This document shows, one piece after another, positions 55,121-64,000 of a stretch of DNA of 64,000 bases. The notes beneath the pieces are model-generated. The model had not been told where the DNA came from. It was given only the letters and a program-made list of their open reading frames with translations, and did not search any database. How positions within the stretch are numbered: the first letter of the stretch is position 1; the number at the start of each line of letters is the position of its first letter. This stretch comes from Nemertoderma westbladi (taxonomy: Eukaryota; Animalia; Xenacoelomorpha), in the NCBI GenBank assembly GCA_032718475.1, contig JAUCBJ010008074.1, positions 19,127 through 83,126 of the forward strand, given 5' to 3'. The translations under genes and the position numbers were made by a program.

Positions 55121-58041
55121 GAAAGAAGAACCAACCTGTTGAAATGTAAAAAGACACTAAAGATTGCTGCAATGAAAGCACGCACGCTGAAATCACAGAG
55201 CAAACAGGGTCACATGGTCGCTCTGGCAATGGAATATAACATCGACATCATCTGCATCCAAGAACATCGGATTTGTCATGAAGACACTGCCATGAAGTAC
55301 AATGACATTGGAAATGGATGGACGTTAGTAACAAGCTCAGCAGTAAGAAACTCGGCCAATGCATCAATTGGTGGAGTAGTAATTCTGCTAAGCCCATTTG
55401 CACTTAAGACCCTAAACAACATCGAATCTATAAATTCCAGGGTTATGATCGCAACATTTGATGGGAATCCCAAGACAACAGTTATATGTTGCTACAGTCC
55501 AACCAATGCATCAGAGCCAGAACAAGCAGTCAAGTTTTATGAAGAACTGACTGGACTTATTAAGGACATCCCGAAACACAATGTTAAAGTCATTGCTGGT
55601 GACCTGAATGCGCAAATTGGCCCAAAAGACATCAAAGGTTACACCTATAACACCAGTTCTAACAGAAATGGGTACTTACTTTTAGACCTAATGGAAGAAT
55701 GTGAATTGATATCAACAAACAACACATTCGAAAAGAGTAAGGGGAAGCTATGGACCTTTCAATACCCTAATGGAACCAAAGCACAACTGGATTACATCCT
55801 TATAAACAAAAAGTGGAGAAATAGCATGATCAACTGCGAGGCATACAGCTCGTTCAACCTAATTGGTTCGGACCACAGAATTGTGACTGCAGAGATCAGA
55901 CTCAGTTTGAGAGCCAGCAAACCCAGGACAAGCAAGCAAATCAACTATGACTGGGAGAAACTCAGAACTGACAATGCTGTAAAGGATGCTTATACAGTAG
56001 AAGTTCAAAACCGTTTGAAGCACTTCAGTCAATGGATGAAGACCAATCCACCGATTCAATATACCAGAATATAATAACAGCCCACAAGGAATCAGCTAAG
56101 AGGCATATCCTCCAGAAACCTAAACGAAAACAGTATGTGCCATGGCAAAACTCTGAGGTTACTTGTAAGAGAGAAGATCTTAAGATAGCCTACAAAGTTA
56201 AAACCGAACAACCAACAACCGAAAACATTAACAAGGTTGAGAAAGCTAAGGACGATCTTAAATTGGCCTACAACATCAGCCAGGAAAAGTACATACAGGA
56301 TAAAACTGAAGCAATTACAACTGCTCACATACAGCAACAATCAAGACTTACCTGGCAAATTGTAAATGAGGTATCTGGTCGGAAAAGTTGTGCAAAGGGG
56401 CGCCTCAAAGCCGATAGTCCTGAAGAACGTGTTGGGAAGTGGAGAAATCACTTCAGCAACTTGCATGGGCAGCCACCAAACATCGAGGTCAGCCCTACAA
56501 GGAAAATATATGACAAGACACTACCTATAGAAACAGGGGACTTCACACCAGCCGAACTCCAAAGAAGCATTAAAAGCATGTCCAATAATAAAGCGAGTGG
56601 ATTAGATGAAATCCCAGCGGAGGTATGGAAAACCGGAGTGCTAAATAGACCATTATTGAATGTTTGCAACCGGATGTTAAAAGGGGAAAAGCCACCACCA
56701 ATTTGGACTAAAGGTCAACTAAAGCCTCTCCCCAAGAAAGGAGACCTCGGCATACCAACAAACTATCGTGGAATCTGTCTGCTTGTGGTAGCTGCCAAAA
56801 TATACAATAAAATGATTCTATATAGGATTAGGCCTCACATAGAGAAACTACTGCGTAAGAGCCAAAACGGATTTCGACCAAGTAGATCAACAATAGCTCA
56901 GATACTTGCACTACGGAGACTGATTGAAGGAATTAAGTCAAAGAATCTCCCCGCAGTCATGACTTTTGTGGACTTCAAGAAGGCATTCGACTCCATCCAT
57001 AGAGGTAAAATGCTTGAAATCCTAAGAGCTTATGGAATACCAGAAGTAATTGTAGCTGGCATTGGATTGTTATATTGTGACACAGAAGCGCAGGTACTCT
57101 CACCAGATGGTGAAACTGAGTTTTTCTCAATCCTGGCTGGCGTACTGCAAGGTGACACATTAGCACCATTACTATTTGTAATTGTGCTGGATTACGCAAT
57201 GAGGACGGCCACAAAGGGTGAAGATCTGGGATTCACACTTCAAGAACGCAGAAGTAGTAGATATCCGGCAACTACAGTCACAGACACCGACTTTGCGGAT
57301 GACATCGCCCTGCTCTCTAATACGCTAGCAGATGCACAGCTTCTACTAAATAAAGTGGAGAGAGCTGCTAAGGAGGTTGGATTGCATATAAATGCTACCA
57401 AGACCGAATTCATGACCTTTAATGTTAATGGAAACTTGACAACCATTGATAATAATCAACTAAGGAAGGTCGATGACTTCCAGTACCTTGGATCATGGAT
57501 AGAGATGAGCAAAAAGGACATAGAAGTTAGGAAAGCAAAGGCTTGGGTAGCTCTATCAAAAATGGATACCATCTGGAAATCAGATCTCTCCAGGCACCTG
57601 AAGACTAAGTTCTTTCGAGCCACAGTGGAAAGTGTATTTTTATATGGGGGTGAGACCTGGACAATGACTAAATCACTTGAACAACGAATTGATGGTTGCT
57701 ACACAAGACTACTAAGGGCAGCCCTAAACATCAGCTGGAGACAACACATGACAAACGCCGAGCTTTATGGTACAATACCACCTGTATCAACCACCCTCCG
57801 TGAACGCAGATTAAGTTTCAGTGGGCACTGCTGGCGAAGTAAAGACGAGGTCATACCAGATCTACTTCTCTGGCAACCAACTCATGGAAAGCGTAGTCGT
57901 GGACGACCTGCCATAACATATATAGATCAACTTGAAAGGGATACTGAACTTGGGAGAAACGAAATTGCGACAACTATGGAGAATCGGGAAGCCTGGAAGG
58001 ATCTCATTTCCACTGTCCGAGTTCGCTCAACCTAGTAGTAG
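55121..58041 (+). mobile_element. RTE LINE with near-complete EN-RT ORF (one frameshift ~56015)
   Basis: DIICIQEHR, GDLNA, LDYIL, SDHR endonuclease motifs; RT motifs in ORF 56032-58035; TAGTAGTAG tail; 14-bp duplication TACATATAGTCCAA inferred from satellite phase. Confidence 0.95.
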
Positions 58042-61000
58042 TACATATAGTCCAAATGTATAATAATGTTGGCCTACATATAGTCCAAATGTATAATAAT
58101 GTAGGCCTACATATAGTCCAAATGTATAATAATGTTGGCCTACATATAGTCCAAATGTATAATAATGTAGGCCTACATATAGTCCAAATGTATAATAATG
58201 TAGGCCTACATATAGTCCAAATGTATAATAATGTAGCCTACATATAGTCCAAATGTATAATATGTAGGCCTACATATAGTCCAAATGTATAACAATGTAG
58301 CCTACATATAGTCCAAATGTATATTAATGTAGGCCTACATATAGTCCAAATGTATAATAATGTAGGCCTACATATAGTCCAAATGTATAATAATGTAGGC
58401 CTACATATAGTCCAAATGTATAATAATGTAGGCCTACATATAGTCCAAATGTATAATAATGTAGGCCTACATATAGTCCAAATGTATAACAATGTAGCCT
58501 ACATATAGTCCAAATGTATAACAATGTAGCCTACATATAGTCCAAATGTATAATAATGTAGGCCTACATATAGTCCAAATGTACAATAATGTAGGCCTAC
58601 ATATAGTCCAAATGTATAACAATGTAGCCTACATATAGTCCAAATGTATAACAATGTAGCCTACATATAATCCAAATGTATATTAATGTAGGCCTACATA
58701 TAGTCCAAATGTATAATAATGTAGGCCTACATATAGTCCAAATGTATAACAATGTAGCCTACATATAGTCCAAATGTATATTAATGTAGGCCTACATATA
58801 GTCCAAATGTATAATAATGTAGGCCTACATATAGTCCAAATGTATAATAATGTAGGCCTACATATCGTCCAAATGTATAACAATGTAGGCCTACATATAG
58901 TCCAAATGTATAACAATGTAGCCTACATGTAGTCCAAATGTATATTAATGTAGGCCTACATATAGTCCAAATGTATAATAATGTAGGCCTACATATAGTC
59001 CAAATGTATAACAATGTAGCCTACATATAGTCCAAATGTATAACAATGTAGCCTACATATAGTCCAAATGTATAACAATGTAGCCTACATATAGTCCAAA
59101 TGTATAACAATGTAGCCTACATATAGTCCAAATGTATAACAATGTAGCCTACATATAGTCCAAATGTATATTAATGTAGGCCTACATATAGTCCAAATGT
59201 ATAACAATGAATGCCTACATATAGTCCAAATGTATAATAATGTAGGCCTACATATAGTCCAAATGTATAATAATGTAGGCCTACATATAGTCCAAATGTA
59301 TAACAATGTAGCCTACATATAGTCCAAATGTATAACAATGTAGCCTACATATAGTCCAAATGTATATTAATGTAGGCCTACATATATAGTCCAAATGTAT
59401 AACAATGTAGCCTACATATAGTCCAAATGTATAATAATGTAGGCCTACATATAGTCCAAATGTATAACAATGTAGCCTACATATAGTCCAAATGTATAAT
59501 AATGTAGGCCTACATATAGTCCAAATGTATAACAATGTAGCCTACATATAGTCCAAATGTATAATAATGTAGGCCTACATATAGTCCAAATGTATAATAA
59601 TGTAGGCCTACATATAGTCCAAATGTATAATAATGTAGGCCTACATATAGTCCAAATGTATAACAATGTAGCCTACATATAGTCCAAATGTATATTAATG
59701 TAGGCCTACATATATAGTCCAAATGTATAACAATGTAGCCTACATATAGTCCAAATGTATAATAATGTAGGCCTACATATAGTCCAAATGTATAATAATG
59801 TAGGCCCACATATAGTCCAAATGTATAATAATGTAGGCCTACATATAGTCCAAATGTATAATAATGTAGGCCTACATATAGTCCAAATGCATAATAATGT
59901 AGGCCTACATATAGTCCAAATGTATAGCAATGTAGGCCTACATATAGTCCAAATGTATAATAATGTAGGCCTACATATAGTCCAAATGTATAATAATGTA
60001 GGCCTACATATAGTCCAAATGTATAATAATGTAGGCCTACATATAGTCCAAATGTATAATAATGTAGGCCTGCATATAGTCCAAATGTATAATAATGTAG
60101 GCCTACATATAGTCCAAATGTATAATAATGTAGGCCTACATATAGTCCAAATGTATAATAATGTAGGCCTACATATAGTCCAAATGTATAATAATGTAGG
60201 CCTACATATAGTCCAAATGTATAACAATGTAGCCTACATATAGTCCAAATGTATAATAATGTAGGCCTACATATAGTCCAAATGTATAATAATGTAGGCC
60301 TACATATAGTCCAAATGTATAGCAATGTAGGCCTACATATAGTCCAAATGTATAATAATGTAGGCCTACATATAGTCCAAATGTATAATAATGTAGGCCT
60401 ACATATAGTCCAAATGTATAATAATGTAGGCCTACATATAGTCCAAATGTATAATAATGTAGGCCTACATATAGTCCAAATGTATAATAATGTAGGCCTA
60501 CATATAGTCCAAATGTATAATAATGTAGGCCTACATATAGTCCAAATGTATAATAATGTAGGCCTACATATAGTCCAAATGTATAATAATGTAGGCCTAC
60601 ATATAGTCCAAATGTATAACAATGTAGCCTACATATAGTCCAAATGTATAATAATGTAGGCCTACATATAGTCCAAATGTATAATAATGTAGGCCTACAT
60701 AAAGTCCAAATGTATAATAATGTAGGCCTACATATAGTCCAAATGTATAATAATGTAGGCCTACATATAGTCCAAATGTATAATAATGTAGGCCTACATA
60801 TAGTCCAAATGTATAGCAATGTAGGCCTACATATAGTCCAAATGTATAGCAATGTAGGCCTACATATAGTCCAAATGTATAATAATGTAGGCCTACATAT
60901 AGTCCAAATGTATAATAATGTAGGCCTACATATAGTCCAAATGTATAACAATGTAGCCTACATATAGTCCAAATGTATAATAATGTAGGCCTACATATAG

Positions 61001-62852
61001 TCCAAATGTATAATAATGTAGGCCTACATATAGTCCAAATGTATAATAATGTAGGCCTACATATAGTCCAAGTGTATAATAATGTAGGCCTACATGTAGT
61101 CCAAATGTATAATAATAAAGGCCTACATATAGTCTAAATATATAACAATGTAGCCTACATATAGTCCAAATGTATAACAATGTAGCCTACATATAGTCCA
61201 AATGTATATTAATGTAGGCCTACATATATAGTCCAAATGTATAACAATGAAGGCCTGCATATAGTCCAAATGTATAATAATGTAGCCTACATATAGTCCA
61301 AATGTATAATAATGTAGGCCTACATATAGTCCAAATGTATAATAATGTAGGCCTACATATAGTCCAAATGTATAATAATGTAGGCCTACATATAGTCCAA
61401 ATGTATAATAATGTAGGCCTACATATAGTCCAAATGTATAATAATGTAGGCCTACATATAGTCCAAATGTATAATAATGTAGGCCTACATATAGTCCAAA
61501 TGTATAATAATGTAGGCCTACATATAGTCCAAATGTATAATAATGTAGGCCTACATATAGTCCAAATGTATAATAATGTAGGCCCACATATAGTCCAAAT
61601 GTATAATAATGTAGGCCTACATATAGTCCAAATGTATAATAATGTAGGCCTACATATAGTCCAAATGTATAACAATGTAGCCTACATATAGTCCAAATGT
61701 ATAACAATGTAGCCTACATATAGTCCAAATGTATAACAATGTAGCCTACATATAGTCCAAATGTATAACAATGTAGCCTACATATAGTCCAAATGTATAA
61801 CAATGTAGCCTACATATAGTCCAAATGTATAACAATGTAGCCTACATATAGTCCAAATGTATAATAATGTAGGCCTACATATATTCCAAATGTATAATAA
61901 TGTAGGCCTACATATAGTCCAAATGTATAACAATGTAGCCTACATATAGTCCAAATGTATAACAATGTAGCCTACATATAGTCCAAATGTATAACAATGT
62001 AGCCTACATATAGTCCAAATGTATAACAATGTAGCCTACATATAGTCCAAATGTATAACAATGTAGCCTACATATAGTCCAAATGTATAATAATGTAGGC
62101 CTACATATAGTCCAAATGTATAATAATGTAGGCCTACATATAGTCCAAATGTATAATAATGTAGCCTACATATAGTCCAAATGTATAACAATGTAGCCTA
62201 CATATAGTCCAAATGTATAATAATGTAGGCCTACATATAGTCCAAATGTATAATAATGTAGGCCTACATATAGTCCAAATGTATAACAATGTAGCCTACA
62301 TATAGTCCAAATGTATAACAATGTAGCCTACATATAGTCCAAATGTATATTAATATAGGCCTACATATATAGTCCAAATGTATAACAATGAAGGCCTACA
62401 TATAGTCCAAATGTATAATAATGTAGGCCTACATATAGTCCAAATGTATAATAATGTAGGCCTACATATAGTCCAAATGTATAGCAATGTAGGCCTACAT
62501 ATAGTCCAAATGTATAATAATGTTGGCCTACATATAGTCCAAATGTATAATAATGTAGGCCTACATATAGTCCAAATGTATAATAATGTAGGCCTACATA
62601 TAGTCCAAATGTATAATAATGTAGGCCTACATATAGTCCAAATGTATAATAATGTTGGCCTACATATAGTCCAAATGTATAATAATGTAGGCCTACATAT
62701 AGTCCAAATGTATATTAATGTAGGCCTACATATAGTCCAAATGTATAACAATGTAGCTTACATATAGTCCAAATGTATAATAATGTTGGCCTACATATAG
62801 TCCAAATGTATAATAATGTAGGCCTACATATAGTCCAAATGTATAATAATGT
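58042..62852. repeat. 32/33-bp satellite, main array
   Basis: Directly visible; unit contains palindrome ATGTAGGCCTACAT. Confidence 0.97.
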
Positions 62853-63106
62853 AATTAATTTATATCGTTCCGGTTGTGTTGCTAGATTTGGTGGCATGAG
62901 ACGATAAACTCTCCATGGGATTGGAACATGAATAGCGAGGTGAGATTGAGGCGAGGTCCTGCATAGATTTTATTCTGTAAAAACCAAATTAATTAGCCAA
63001 GCAAGTCCCAAGCTCCTCGATTCCGCTGTTCAACTCGCAATTTGTCGAATTCCCCGGCGGTAATCTTGTTCACCACAGTTTGAAAGTTCCAAGTATTCTT
63101 ACAAGA

Positions 63107-64000
63107 TCACCTTATAAGATCTCCGATGGGGCGAGCGCTACCGTCCACGTGATAATTCTCATCATCCGGGTCAGTCGGTATGTTCGTCTCCGTGGGTTGT
63201 ACACAAACCATGGCATCGCTTTCCTCCAACTCGCGTATCTCAGTTTGCGTCTTCCTTGGAAGATTCTCCTCTATTTCTATGAGTTGCCGCAACGGTTCGT
63301 CTATTAGCGCCAACTCGGTCGGATCCACATCGTCGTGATGGGCGGTAGGATCCTTCCGGGCGTTCGAATTCCGCGTGGCATTCCCCGTCATAGGGTACTA
63401 ACGTTAAAATCGACGGTCTGTCGACTAGGCTTCCCGTGTGAATGAGATAGACGTCCCTGAAAACGCTAAGTCCCGCTCGCGTGAAAACTTTGCAGTGCGC
63501 ATCGGTGTTATAAAAAGGTTGGAGAAATCGTCGGAATACATCAGTATGCGTCCTTCCTCCATCGTAAAAGGTATGTCCTTCACCGAGACATAATGGATGT
63601 CGCTTTAAAGTCCTAGACACAACATCGGCGATAAAGCAGATGTTGACCGAAGATTCTATCGCCAAGTAGTATTGTAAGATTATTCGCGGAGGTGAAGTAA
63701 TCGCCCAGTACACGCAACCTCGCCACTTTAGCTGTGACTCGAACTCGTTTACATCGGGAGTGTCTCCCTCTCCGTATACGTCCGTGTATTTGCTCCTCTT
63801 ACTCTCCTTATAATCCCAACTGAACATTAGATATGAGATATAACCCATCCCAGTTTTTAGCGTGTTATACTCCCTAAAGTATCCTTGCTCGATAGCCCAA
63901 AGCAACAATGGTCTAGTATCCACGTACGGCGTAGGCAATCGGTCCTCTTCCGTGGGCATCCCTGCAAAGTCGCTAATAAGGTCATCCCGTACACCGGATC
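63107..64000 (-). pseudogene. Third ORF3-family exonuclease-like fragment (runs off window; frameshift ~63390)
   Basis: Frame open to window end: SGVRDDLISDFA..PYVDTRPLLLW..YFRE..LKTGMG..QYYLAIE, aligning by eye with GSDIKADIRNDYA..FVDTQTLLAW..GFRE..LTK. Confidence 0.6.

Noticed and set aside
45369-62852. Regular 21-, 49- and 33-bp arrays as CRISPR-like arrays
   Set aside because: Head-to-tail repeats with no unique spacers, no cas genes, and an intron-containing eukaryotic context
58056-62897. YNNVGLHIVQM-type ORFs
   Set aside because: Translations of the 33-bp satellite; frames break at 32-bp units

Overview
Repeat-rich animal genomic DNA with one host gene, the three 3' exons of VPS11 (+ strand, ending in an unusual repeat/NPF-rich tail), and one tRNA-Ser(AGA). 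Two divergent Bel/Pao LTR retrotransposons (1-12372 +, inside a VPS11 intron; 30314-45368 -) each carry an extra ORF between pol and the 3' LTR. It is not env-like: it has a DEDDy-type 3'-5' exonuclease domain plus a CCHC zinc-knuckle cluster, and a third homolog runs off the right edge. A 5.4-kb element (24461-29870) has ~2.1-kb terminal inverted repeats with AGTAGT...ACTACT ends (Polinton/Maverick-like, no core genes). Each arm encodes an intronless 100-aa GTSF1/Asterix-like tandem CHHC zinc-finger protein, resembling a PIWI/piRNA cofactor. The rest is four LINE copies (three RTE, one RTE-X-like), MITEs and satellite arrays, into which many of the elements inserted. Top leads are the TE-borne GTSF1-like gene and the TE-borne exonuclease ORF, both candidate anti-silencing factors. 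All family calls are by-eye motif recognition; no database search was run.
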